A stretch of 32,000 nucleotides of DNA from Wallemia ichthyophaga EXF-994 (GCF_000400465.1 NW_008806284.1:180001-212000); one strand, 5' to 3'; shown: positions 14,881 to 25,979, counted from the first letter of the stretch. Translations and numbers: made by a program. The notes: generated by a model not told the origin, from the letters alone.

Positions 14881-15684
14881 TTATATTTTCTCATAGATGC
14901 GAACGATGCAACGCGCATTCTCCAACTTGATGGGATAATCTATGCTTTCAGACAGCCTGAACCACTTGGAATCCTCGGAACACACCTTGTTCCACTTGCT
15001 CTGCAGGGTGTGATCGAGTATCATCGTCAGCGGGTACTCTCGCCCACCGCCTCCGACTTGTATATTCGATAAGCCAACGCTCTCCGCAACAACCAGCTTT
15101 GTGCCAGGCTTAGACTGCTCAGTTATCTTGTTGAGGAGCTGCAAAGTGGACTTCTTGGACTGAATAAAAAGCTCTGATATTGTAAACAGTATCGTTATCA
15201 TATCCACTCCCTCATAAGAAATACTGCTGTCACTTAAGACGTTTTTATTGAGAAATTCAACGTCTACGCCATCCTTGAATTCAGTTTGCAGCCTATTAAC
15301 CACCTTGTCCCACTTTCCAATGTCTATCAGCGAAAGCTGCACGTCGCTTAAACCAATCTCTTCTACTAGATGCTGCATTCCACTCAGCTCAGATCCTGCT
15401 CCTCCTCCGATGCTGTTAACACGCATCCCGTCTCTCAGTCCAAGCAGCCTGCTGTGTTCCTTCATCATCCTGTAGTACACAATAGCCCTCGACGGCACGT
15501 ATCTCGCCAGATACGCATCGAGATACTCGTCATTCCCAAACGCTTCCAAGTAGTTTTTGTTGTACAGGTCACGCTTCAAACATTGCAATATACTGCTGAA
15601 ATACCTGCTCGTAATCGTAGATGATGTAATTTTCTTGAACTTATCGACCAATGCTTGTTCTCGATCGGGTGATTCGGAGATCAT
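14881..15684 (-). CDS. BMT6: 25S rRNA (uracil-N3)-methyltransferase, Bmt5/Bmt6 family
   Basis: YLDAYLARYVPSRAIVY, SAM motif SIGGGAGSEL, DIGKWD, ITILFTISELF, LVVAES, YPL..ILDHTL, SKWFRL..IDYPIKLEN. Single exon. Confidence 0.85.
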   Translation of the reverse strand: MISESPDREQALVDKFKKITSSTITSRYFSSILQCLKRDLYNKNYLEAFGNDEYLDAYLARYVPSRAIVYYRMMKEHSRLLGLRDGMRVNSIGGGAGSELSGMQHLVEEIGLSDVQLSLIDIGKWDKVVNRLQTEFKDGVDVEFLNKNVLSDSSISYEGVDMITILFTISELFIQSKKSTLQLLNKITEQSKPGTKLVVAESVGLSNIQVGGGGREYPLTMILDHTLQSKWNKVCSEDSKWFRLSESIDYPIKLENARCIVRIYEKI

Positions 15685-15898
15685 GATATATCTTGATGAT
15701 TTGAGTTAAAGGGGTAGGAATTTGCAATTCGAGGGCTTCTGAGAGTAGCATGTAAAAACTTACAGAGAGAGTAGGAAGTCTGTGACTGCGACGAACATTT
15801 GGCCGCAAAAGTTTTTCCGCGACAAAGACACAAAGTACTAAATAGGAATAAGTCTAAATGCATCGAAATATATTACAAGTATCCGAAAAATCCATAAT

Positions 15899-17681
15899 CT
15901 ATGCTGTTACTGTTTTATCCGACTGTTCGCTCTTCTCCTCCAAACCCAGCATCTCCTTCTCGCGTTGCTCATACTCTCTTATAGATTGGCTAAACTGCGA
16001 CTTCTGTCTGATCTTCTCCCCGTACTTAAACAGAATAAATGGTACCACCCCGAGCAATGCCGCTATGATTGCTATAGTGCAGCTCGTCCAGTTGAAACCC
16101 GTCATTGAGTCATACCACCGGGTGATATAAAGCGGTGTAGTTCCACCCATGAGATTTCTAAAGACATTCTGTGCAGATATAGCCGAAGACGCATAGAGTC
16201 TGTAAGCATCGCTCATGTACGCGAAGGAGGTATTGTAGATGATGTAGATACTGAACAGGATGACAGTGAGTCCTACACACTGCCCCATCCAATGGACATC
16301 CGGATAAGACGTCCATGCATAGATGAAGCATCCAACAGGGAGGCAAACACCACCCACCATAGCCAGGTACAGTCTAGCTTCCGGTGTCCTCTTTTTCTGG
16401 TAGAGTCTCTCCTGCAAAAAGTAGTTGGCAATACCGCCAAGGGCCAATCCCAATACGAATGTGATGTAAAGCAACCCGATTGAGCCAGGTGACCAATCGC
16501 GCTGTGTCTGGAATATGTGTCCGATAGAAGAAATGATAGAATAGAAAATAAACCACGCGAAACCCATCCATAGCGAAAACGCGATGACTATAGGCTCGGT
16601 GAAGAGAATGTAAATAGGTCGCGTCACAGACACTGTCATGAGTTGTTTGAAGTTTGGTCTCTCCAATTCCGATTTGGCTACATAGCGATTATCACCTGTC
16701 TTTTTGCGCAGCTTCTTTGCTTTTGCGTTAAGTACAGCAGATGCGCGTGTCTCTCCCATTGCAATGATGAAGAAAAACCATACGAATGTAGCGATGAGCT
16801 CGACGTATTCTATCCATTCGTAACCGAGGCCCTTCTCCATCATCCACGAGAAACAAAGTGGAAAAATTCCAGCCTGTTGTCTTCATTAGAACGGTTTGTT
16901 TCAACAGCTGGTTCGCACTCACACCCTGCAATGCTGACATAGAGAAAAACGACATGGGTATGCCCCTAGTCTCGTCGTCGAAAATGTCAGCAATAGATCC
17001 ACCGACGAGTGTCGAACCTGCAGTATGTTAGTTTTGGCTGTTTGTTTCGAGCCGAACATACCGGTCGACGCTGCCAAACCGCTTATTAGTCTACCCAGCA
17101 CAACTCCGGTTATGGTGGGCGACAGCGAGATAGTGATAAACATGCACATAAAGATAAAGTAGCTAACTACGTATACTCTGTATCTGCCGATTATTTCTGA
17201 AAACGGAGCCAGAAAGAGCGGTCCAAGTGCGTAGCTGGGTTTGAGGTGAGTTGTGACGCTTTGAGCTCGAAATCTCCATACCCAATAACATAAATGCTGC
17301 GTAAGAGTATTAGAGGTGCTTATCATCGTTCGTTCTCGCACTCACCCTAATCCGAGCTCGAACAAGGTGGAAGAAGTGTTGAGCTGCTCAATCAAATCAG
17401 CTTCAGCGCCAGGAGCTGCATAGCCTGAATAGTATAAATCAGATACTCTATCGCCGTTTTACAGAGCTATTTCGTACCACTAGACGCCCCGCTAACCAAA
17501 AATGAGAAGCCACATAAAGCCAGCGTTGTAAAGTACTTCCGCCTTAATCACAATCTTAGACGCCTGCTTCGAAAATCTACGTAACCCACGGCTTAGACCA
17601 GTTAAAGGGATTCTCGTGCTCCTCTAACGATACCCAAATGACCTCGCTATCCTTGCTGGCCTCATTGTCATCTTTGCTCAT
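15899..17681 (-). CDS. MFS transporter, DHA1 (drug:H+ antiporter/polyamine transporter-like), paralogue 1, 7 exons
   Basis: Spliced start MSKDDNE..ENPFNWSKPRKYFTT; GPLFLAPFSEIIGRYRVY; GSIADIF; ETRASAVL..KAKKLRKKTGD; LFTEPIV; PEARL; YMSDAY..YASSAISAQNVFRN. Introns 17543-17589, 17425-17477, 17297-17345, 17235-17281, 17018-17061 and 16874-16922; 15-nt micro-exon at 17282-17296. Confidence 0.9.
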
Positions 17682-17826
17682 AGCTTGATTTGCGTTTCGT
17701 CGTAAGAATTAAACCGATGTCCCGGTGAATGTAACTATGACTGTTTCTATGACTCACCCAACCGAGCTTATTCCACTCTAGCCGAAATCGCCTTTCATAA
17801 TCACAATCAACCTAAAACGGAAGAGA

Positions 17827-19543
17827 ATGGTAGCCACCGGAATTGATCCTGGTGATGATAGCTTCAGCCGGAGTTTAAGCAGATGCAGCACAGTCCACGA
17901 TTCTACTCCGCCAGAACAGAAATCAGTCTCAAATTGGGTGGAAATCGACGACAGTGATGACCCTCAACGCTGGCCGCAGTCTGAGAAGCTCAAGGTTATG
18001 ATTGCTACAATCGGATTTTGTATTCTGGTATCAGGTGCATCCTCTTCGTTCGCTGTCGGAGTTTCAAGTATGGTCGACGATCTCCATACTTCGACAGAAT
18101 TGGGTAGCACGGCGTTGGCTATTTTCGTTATTGGCTTTGCTATAGCTCCTATGTTCTTCGCCGGGGCGTCCGAAGAGCTCGGTAGAACTCCTATGTATGC
18201 TATCACGTTTACTATCTATGGCGCTATGTTTCTACCTATAGGATTATGCAGTAGCATCACTGGCATCATTATTTCTCGCTTTATTCAGGGTCTCGCTGGT
18301 AGCTCTGGCAGCACTATGGTCGCCGGTTAGTTGGCTACCCACTCTAGAGCAACTTTTGACGCTTGGTTGCAGGAACAATATCAGATCTATATGGTAGCCA
18401 TGAAAGGGGCATCTATATGAGCTTTTTTGCCTTGAGCACAATGTCTAGTAAGTTTGACTGCAATTACAAAATTCTCAATCTCATCGATCACTAGGCACGG
18501 GTATCACACCTATGGTCTACTCATTTGTGCCACTAAAAACATCGCTCAGTGTTGCAGGTAGCTCCGGTCAAGGTGGTTGGCGCTGGATTCAGATAATACA
18601 GTGTATAGTGACAGCGTGCTACGGCATAGTCATGGTTTTGTTTCTGAAAGAGACGCGCATAAACGTCATAATGAAGAAAAAGGCTAGGAGAATGCGCAAA
18701 GAGACTGGAGATACAACAATCAAGGCACATGCAGAAGTGTTCAAGCCAACTAAGAAGGAATTACTGCAACAAAGTCTCTTCAGACCCATGCAATACTTAA
18801 CCCAAGAACCTATAGTAATCGCTTTTAGCTTCTTTATCGGATATGCCTGGGCTATCTTCTACTCTTTTATTGCCAGTATCACTCACGTCTTCCTCACTCT
18901 TTACGAAGATAACTACGGCATGAATCAGGGTACTGTAGGATACGTTTATGCTTCGATCGTAGTGGGTAGTGTGTTTGGTTTCCTCTTCAACTACTTTTTC
19001 CAGGAGAAATTTTTCTTCCAACGTTTCAACAAGAGTCGTCCCGTTGAGGCAAGACTAGGCGGTGCGATGGCATCGGGAATTATTTTTCCAATTGGTGCAT
19101 TCATATACGCATTCACTCTATACCCACACGTCCACCCAGCCGGACCTTGTGTCGGGCTGACCGTCATCCTAACAGGCATGTTTTCCATCTACCTATCATC
19201 TATGTCATATCTAGCAGACTGTTACCAAGCAAACGCCAGTAGTGCATTAGCTGCGATTGCTTTGATTCGTAACCTGACCGGAGGTGTAGTTATTCTGGTA
19301 ATAAGGCAGTGGTATGATGGGATGGGATTTGTTTGGGCTGGTTTACTTATTAGCCTTCTGGCTGTAGTGTTTGCTACAGTACCCATAGCGCTCTTCTTCT
19401 TTGGCAAACAATTGCGAATGAGGTCGAAATTCGCTCAGGAGATAGCAAAGATGTTGGAGGACGAGCGACTTGCAGTAAAGCAGGAGCAATTCAGTGAGAA
19501 CCCCGTTGAGATAGACAGACGCACGTCTATACAGCAGGTGTAA
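17827..19543 (+). CDS. MFS transporter, DHA1 family, paralogue 2, 3 exons
   Basis: DDPQRWP, SEELGRTPMY, RFIQGLAGSSGSTMVAGTISDLY, GWRWIQ, ETRINVIMKKKARRMRKETGD, EPIV, VEARL, YLADCYQANASSALA...RN. Introns 18326-18372 and 18448-18494. Confidence 0.92.
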
Positions 19544-19845
19544 GGGTACATCTGTATATTTTGGATTATTTGGATTATTTTCGGATCATTTACAGCATTT
19601 TTCACCTCATTTAGAGCATTTTTCCACATTTTTCGCACTTTTCAAGAATCAGCCAATTGCATTTACATAAATTCAAGCATTGTAAAATACATTTTGATGA
19701 AATTAACGCGTTTTTTTACGCGACTTGTGCTGAGTCAATTCAAACCTTATCGTTAAAATTCGGTAGGGTATCCGAGTGAGAAGATAAAAATAGATTGTTT
19801 ATCTGGCGACGTCTACAAAGAACTTGTCAAAGATCCTTAATCACA

Positions 19846-21641
19846 ATTAATTCTTCTACTTCACGCGTCCATCACCTAAACGCTCCTAGCGAGCTAAGCC
19901 GATCAAGTAGCAGCACAATAGATGTGAATTTAGACACTCGAGAGACATACAACGACAATTCAAACTATAAATCAGACACGGATAAGGACAGTCAGCATGT
20001 TCAGCACATATTCATAGAGATTGACGACAAGGATGATCCGATGCGATGGCCCAAGTATAAAAAGATGAGGATAGCGATAGCAGCTATTGGTTTCTCAGTT
20101 TTCGTGTCTGCCAGCACGGCTACCTTTGCACAGGGATTGTACCAGCTCGTGACCGATCTGGATACCACCACCGAGCTCGCGAATGTAGCTCAGGGAATCT
20201 TCGTCGTTGCTTTTGCTTTCCCGCCCATGCTTCTGGCAGGGCTTTCGGAGGAATATGGAAGGAGTAAGATGTGAGTGGTTGAGTGATTCGCAACACAAGT
20301 CTAACAAGACTTAGATTCCTCGTCTCTTACGCTCTCTACACACTTTTGCACCTCCCGATAGCCCTATCGACGAATATTACAGGCGTTATCCTCGGTCGTC
20401 TCTTCCAAGGCTTGGCAGCGAGTACAGGATCGACGCTGACGGCTGGTACGATAGCTGATATTTATACGGGCTATCATCGAGCACTGTGGATGTCAATTTT
20501 TGCAGCCTCTTCTCCTCTAGCCACCGGGGTTGCACCAGTTGTTTACTCATACGTACCCTCCAACTACGCGCTGCACTTCAAAGGTAGCAGTGGTGTTGGC
20601 GGATGGCGCTGGATACAAATTATCCAGATGATAGTGGCATTTGTGTGGGGTATTGTTCTGTGTTTATGGTTTAGGGAAACGCGCGTAAACGTAATCATGA
20701 AGAAGAAGGCTAGAAGAATGCGCAAGGAGACTGGCGACCACTCTCTCCAAGCTGAAGCGGAGCAGTACCGGATGTCGAAGCATCAGATGTTTCGTAATAG
20801 CTTCTTACGACCGTTGAAATTCTTACTGACAGAGCCAATAGTGGCTGTAATGAGCATGTTTATCGGGTGAGTTATAATTAAAACCGACAAGCCTGCACGC
20901 TTGTTATGTTGATAGTTCTCTTACTCCGACTTAGGTTCGCCTGGGCTGTCTTTTTCTCTCTACAGGCTAGCATATCGCACGTCTTCTTGACTCTGTATAG
21001 CGACAACTATGCCATGACTCATGGCTCCGTTGGTTTCGTCTTTATCGCCATCATAGTGGGTACTGTTATTGGTTTTGTTTTCAACCTCTACTTCCAAGAA
21101 AAGTGGTTTTACGACAAGTTTCATCCGCGCTACTCTGTCGAAGCTAGGCTCGGCTCGAGTATGGTATCCGGTATTGTTTTCCCTATCGGCGCTTTCATAT
21201 ATGCGTTCACAACGTACAGTTTCGTGCACTGGATTGCGCCGTGCATCGCAATCACGGTAATTATGGCAGGTATCTTTCCAATCTACTACAGCTCAATGAA
21301 TTATCTCTCTGAATGTTACGGAACGACGGCATCCTCAGCACTAGCGTCTATAGCGATGGTGCGAAATCTGACAGGTGAGGCGTTTGTGGATGATTGCGAG
21401 GTTTTTATTTCTAACTGCTCTCTCTCTCCTAGGCGGGTGCATTCAATTCGTTATTCTCCAATGGCTCGACGGACTCGGGGATAGATTTCAGTATGCGCTG
21501 CTTATGATAGCAGTGATGGCTACAGCGTTAGCAGTGATACCGATTGCACTCTTTCTATTCGGGTCTCGTATACGCCAGCGATCGACGTACGCGCAGGCTA
21601 TATCTGCCAACGAAAGCGCAACAGTTGCTGAAAAAGATTAG
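19846..21641 (+). CDS. MFS transporter, DHA1 family, paralogue 3, 4 exons; start unresolved (first in-frame ATG is at 20041)
   Basis: DDPMRWP, SEEYGRSKIF, GTIADIY, GWRWIQ, ETRVNVIMKKKARRMRKETGD, EPIV, VEARL, YLSECYGTTASSALAS...RN. Introns 20271-20314, 20867-20934 and 21375-21432. Confidence 0.88.
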
Positions 21642-21802
21642 CTTGATAGACGCGAGTCTGTCAATCAGGCGTAGTGTCGATTGTGATTATAGATAATTAG
21701 CAGGAATGTCTTGGGAAAAGAAAATTGTCTTCATCTATAAAGGATTGATTGATATTCTAATATTTCATCTATAAAAGTCTGATATCTAAAATTGCACGCC
21801 AT

Positions 21803-23521
21803 TTACACGCCACTCGAGAGTTCGGCATACTGTCTGCTGCTCATCTCGCTTAAACGCGAGACAGCTCTAGCGAAAGCGAAGACCTCTTCCTGGCCGGTGA
21901 ACATAGACGACGCCCCAACAGTGTCAGCGTTGAGGCCCTGAGTGTGTGTGAGGGGGGTTACGAGAGGGAGTCGAAGCAGCACCATCGTGCCAGTGTGCCA
22001 AGAATCCACTCACCAGATCATCCATCGCAGAACGCATCACGTCGGTGATTTCACCTGCGTTGCTTGACTCATCTGCGAAAATAGCCTCAATCGGCACCTG
22101 CGAAAGGAGGAGGAGGCGAGCTTTCGATTCGTAAGCTGCGTCAATGAAGGTGATGAAACGGCGGGCCTAGAGGTAGAGTGGAGAGGGAGTAGATGTTAGC
22201 GTAAGCGTCAGCACTACTTATACTACCAAAAGCACACCCACCTGATCCTTCACATTGAGGGAGAGCTGCGGGATATCGTCTACAAAGATAGTGTTGAACG
22301 TGGCCACTATCTCGAGATAGTCCGCAGCACTGAGAGGCATTCCGCAGAGCTGAGAAAAGGAGAACCGCGCAACGTTGCCGTCGGAGCTGCTAAGTGGGAT
22401 GCGCAGTGGACGGCCCCACACGTGCAGCTCTCTATTATGGATCACATCAGGAGTAGCATCCGCAGTGGCCTCCCACATCTTTTCAAATTCCGTTCTGTTC
22501 GCTGAATCGATAGGAGAGAAATAAACCTTAGTACTGGCGCGTGGTAATTTGCGGTAATCAGTGCCCGAGTTTAGAGAAACAACATCAAATGCCGTCTTGA
22601 GAAGGGAGATGCAAGGAAGGAAAGAGTCGCGCTGAATGCCATTTGCGTACAGCTCATCGGGATGTCTGTTACTAGTCATAACCGCCACAACACCGCGATC
22701 GATCAGACCATCGAACAACCTGCGCAGGATCATCGCATCGACTATATCGACCACTTGGAATTCATCGAAGGAGAGCACGGTGCATTCTTGGGCTAGCAAC
22801 TCTATCACGTCAGCTAAAGGATCAGAAGAGCCTGCCACGCGCGCTACGTGTATCCGCTTGTGCACGCTCTGCATAAACGCGTGAAAATGCCACCTCTGCG
22901 CGCGGTCGCGGAGGTGGGACGGGACTGTGTTGTGGAAGAGGTCCATGAGCATTGATCTGTGTGAGTGTGAGAGTGAGTTTGTGCTATATAAACAACCTCA
23001 ACTCACTTCCCCGTGCCTACGTCGCCGTAGAGATACAGACCATGTGGGATACGGGAGCGTTTATCTTCGATGGCCTGTGCGCGTTCGGAATCAAGTAGCG
23101 CCTGCGATTTACCTCCAATGACCCGTTTCCACCACGGCAGCGGCGCGGTAGATGCACTAATGCGGCTGTCTAGTGCAAATAGTGCGCTGGGATTATACGT
23201 CGTCAGCTCGCAATGGAGATCATTGAGTCGGGCTATAACCCGGGATTGGTGACTATCAGCATTGAGAACACCCGTTTTAACGAGGTCTTTGTATTTCTCT
23301 ATTGGCGTGTTCGTGGATGAAGCTGTGTGCGGTGTGTTGCCCCCTCTGCTTCCCTCTTCGCCCGCATATCCATCCTCTGTCTCCTCAGCGCTGAGCGTGG
23401 TGTGCGTGCTGTAAACTCTACCACTAATTCTGCCCATTTTATTAAAACTCGTGTGCCTTATCCCACTGCGAACACTCCTCGGTATTCCTCGAATCACCTG
23501 CGCCAATCGCGACGTCATCAT
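21803..23521 (-). CDS. AFG1: Mitochondrial AFG1/LACE1 (ZapE-like) ATPase, 4 exons
   Basis: Arg/Ser-rich presequence-like N-terminus; GLYLYGDVGTGKSMLMDLF (Walker A split by intron 22957-23006); HFHAFM; SFDEFQVVDIVDAMILRRLF; TSNRHPDELY.NGIQR.SF; ARRFITFIDAAYE; EEVFAFARAVSRLSEM. Further introns at 22167-22241 and 21938-22013. Confidence 0.94.
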
Positions 23522-23692
23522 GGAAGCAAAGAGGGGACTGAAGCGAGAAGACAAAAACAAAAAAGTCGAGTAACAAATAAAACAACGCAAAAGGATCGGA
23601 AGAATGCAATGTGTATTATTATTTCGTTAAGTGACAGATACATCTAAATAAAACATGAAATGGTGTGTAGGGGATAAATACAGCTAACTAAT

Positions 23693-25678
23693 TTAGTCAA
23701 CCTCCTCAACAGATGGGCCATCACCGCCACCTTGGCCTTCAGCACCTGGGGCAGGTGCACCACCTGGCATACCGCCTGGAGCACCGCCTTGACCGTAGAG
23801 CTTCTGCATGATTGGTGAGGCAACACCCTCAAGTTCCTTCTGGCGACTCTCAAACTCATCCTTGCTAGCAGCTTCAGAGTTGTCGAGGAATGAGATTGTC
23901 TCGTTGACAGCCTCATCCAACTTCTTCTTGTCATCTTCACCGAACTTGTCCTTGAGGTTGTCGTCATTCATTGCGTTACGCAAGTTGTAGGCGTATGACT
24001 CAAGTCCGTTACGTGCGTGGATTCTTGAGGCTGCTTCTTCATCCTCAGCCTTGAACTTCTCAGCATCACTAACCATTCTCTCAATGTCCTCCTTAGTAAG
24101 ACGACCCTTGTCGTTAGTGATGGTGATCTTGTTGCTCTTACCGGTAGTCTTGTCAGCAGCGTTAACGTTCAAAATACCGTTAGCGTCAATGTCGAAGGTA
24201 ACCTCGATTTGTGGTACACCACGTGGTGCTGGTGGAATACCAGAAAGTTCGAATTTACCGAGCAAGTTGTTGTCCTTGGTACGAGCACGTTCACCCTCGA
24301 ATACTTGGATAAGGACACCTGGTTGGTTGTCGGCGTAAGTAGAGAAGACCTCAGACTTCTTGGTTGGAACAGTAGTGTTACGCTTGATGAGTGCAGTCAT
24401 CACACCACCTGCAGTTTCAATACCGGTTGAGAGTGGAGCAACATCGAGAAGGAGCAAGTCTTGAGTCTTCTCTGAAACATCACCGCTGAGGATCGAAGCT
24501 TGGACAGCAGCACCGAAAGCAACAGCCTCATCAGGGTTGATGGAGCGGTTAGCCTCCTTACCGTTGAAGAAGTCAGCAACGAGCTTTTGGATCTTTGGAA
24601 TACGAGTAGAACCACCAACAAGGACAATGTCGTGGACAGAGGACTTGTCAGCCTTGGCATCACGGAGAACGCTCTCGACAGGCTCCATGGTGTTACGGAA
24701 AAGATCTTGACAGAGTTCCTCGAAACGAGCACGGGTGATTGACGAGTAGAGGTCCATACCCTCGAACAAAGAGTCGATTTCAATGGTAGTTTGAGCAGCA
24801 GATGAAAGGGTACGCTTGGCACGCTCACATGAAGTGCGGAGACGACGCATAGCACGAGCGTTGTCGGAGATGTCCTTCTTGTTCTTACGCTTGAATTCTT
24901 GAACAAAGTGGTTGACGAGACGGTTGTCAAAGTCCTCACCACCAAGGTGAGTGTCACCAGCAGTGGACTTGACTTCGAAGATACCCTCCTCGATGGTGAG
25001 GAGTGAGACATCGAAGGTACCACCACCCAAATCGAAGATAAGGACGTTGCGCTCACCCTCAGTCTTCTTGTCGAGACCGTAAGCAATAGCAGCAGCGGTT
25101 GGCTCGTTGATGATACGCATGACGTTGAGACCAGCGATCAAACCGGCGTCCTTGGTAGCTTGACGTTGTGAGTCGTTGAAGTAGGCTGGAACGGTAACAA
25201 CGGCGTCCTTGACGGTGGTACCGAGGTAAGCCTCAGCAATGTCCTTCATCTTGACGAGAACCATTGCGCTGACTTCCTCAGGAGTGAATTGCTTCTTCTC
25301 GCCCTTGTACTCGACCTCGATCTTTGGCTTGTCGGCTGAGTCTTGGATGAGCTTGAATGGCCAGTGCTTGTTGTCAGCCTGGACATCGTCATCAGAGAAC
25401 TTGCGACCAATCAAACGCTTAGCGTCGAAGACCGTGTTGTAAGGGTTCATAGCCGTTTGGTTCTTTGCGGCGTCACCAATCAGACGCTCAGTGTCTGTGA
25501 AAGCGACGTATGAAGGGGTAGTGCGGTTACCTTGGTCGTTGGCGATAATTTCGACTCTGTCGTTTTGCCAGACAGCGACACAGGAGTATGTTGTACCCAA
25601 ATCGATACCTGGGATATTTGTTAGTTTAGCTGCTATGAAATTCCTATAACCCTCACCAATTGCTTTGCTAGATGTCAT
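23693..25678 (-). CDS. HSP70: Cytosolic Hsp70 (SSA type), one in-frame intron at 25609-25656
   Basis: Spliced start [18 protein letters not shown]; [16 protein letters not shown]; [18 protein letters not shown]; [14 protein letters not shown]; [11 protein letters not shown]; C-terminal GPSVEEVD. Strong codon bias. Confidence 0.98.
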   Translation of the reverse strand: MTSSKAIGEGYRNFIAAKLTNIPGIDLGTTYSCVAVWQNDRVEIIANDQGNRTTPSYVAFTDTERLIGDAAKNQTAMNPYNTVFDAKRLIGRKFSDDDVQADNKHWPFKLIQDSADKPKIEVEYKGEKKQFTPEEVSAMVLVKMKDIAEAYLGTTVKDAVVTVPAYFNDSQRQATKDAGLIAGLNVMRIINEPTAAAIAYGLDKKTEGERNVLIFDLGGGTFDVSLLTIEEGIFEVKSTAGDTHLGGEDFDNRLVNHFVQEFKRKNKKDISDNARAMRRLRTSCERAKRTLSSAAQTTIEIDSLFEGMDLYSSITRARFEELCQDLFRNTMEPVESVLRDAKADKSSVHDIVLVGGSTRIPKIQKLVADFFNGKEANRSINPDEAVAFGAAVQASILSGDVSEKTQDLLLLDVAPLSTGIETAGGVMTALIKRNTTVPTKKSEVFSTYADNQPGVLIQVFEGERARTKDNNLLGKFELSGIPPAPRGVPQIEVTFDIDANGILNVNAADKTTGKSNKITITNDKGRLTKEDIERMVSDAEKFKAEDEEAASRIHARNGLESYAYNLRNAMNDDNLKDKFGEDDKKKLDEAVNETISFLDNSEAASKDEFESRQKELEGVASPIMQKLYGQGGAPGGMPGGAPAPGAEGQGGGDGPSVEEVD

Positions 25679-25721
25679 TATTTTATTTTGTGATGGTTAT
25701 GTGAGAAGCCCCTTCGCTGGC

Positions 25722-25727
25722 TTATAT
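25722..25727 (-). promoter_or_regulatory. Candidate TATA box of HSP70
   Basis: Minus-strand ATATAA lies between the HSE array and the ATG, about 45 bp upstream of the ATG. Confidence 0.5.
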
Positions 25728-25746
25728 TTGGTGAAATTTTGTCAAA

Positions 25747-25784
25747 TTCCCGAAGTTAAGAGAAGATGAGAGAATGTTCCCGAA
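25747..25784. promoter_or_regulatory. Heat-shock element array upstream of HSP70
   Basis: TTC(25747) GAA(25752) GAA(25762) GAA(25772) TTC(25777) GAA(25782) all sit in the 5-bp nGAAn register, and include a perfect GAAtgTTCccGAA. Confidence 0.85.
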
Positions 25785-25888
25785 ATGTCGTGGGTGAGGG
25801 TGAGAGGGGTATCATTGAGATCGCGCGGATTCGGTGATTCTGTTGGTGCTTTACATGTGTACAATTGGTTTATTGTGGGTGCGCCTAT

Positions 25889-25896
25889 TGACGTCA
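25889..25896. promoter_or_regulatory. CRE palindrome (ATF/CREB site) in the HSP70 upstream region
   Basis: Exact TGACGTCA about 210 bp upstream of the HSP70 ATG. Confidence 0.5.
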
Positions 25897-25979
25897 TCTG
25901 CGGACTGCGTCGTCTTCTTGATTGAAAATACGAATATATTCATCAATTGTATTACAAGATATAAATCATTCATTCTCTC

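Noticed and set aside
19555-19660. Short direct repeats (ttggattattt x2) and T-runs after paralogue 2
   Set aside because: Ordinary AT-rich 3' UTR/terminator sequence, with no terminal inverted repeats or target-site duplication to indicate a mobile element.
23522-23590. N-terminal extension of AFG1 in the ORF track
   Set aside because: It derives from a T-rich leader-like stretch. The MMTSRLAQ start gives a plausible mitochondrial presequence.
23808-25442. Several long alternative-frame and antisense ORFs over HSP70 (e.g. 24400-25086, 24051-24338, 24500-24742)
   Set aside because: Expected by-product of strong codon bias in HSP70 genes. They are fragmented and show no recognisable motifs.
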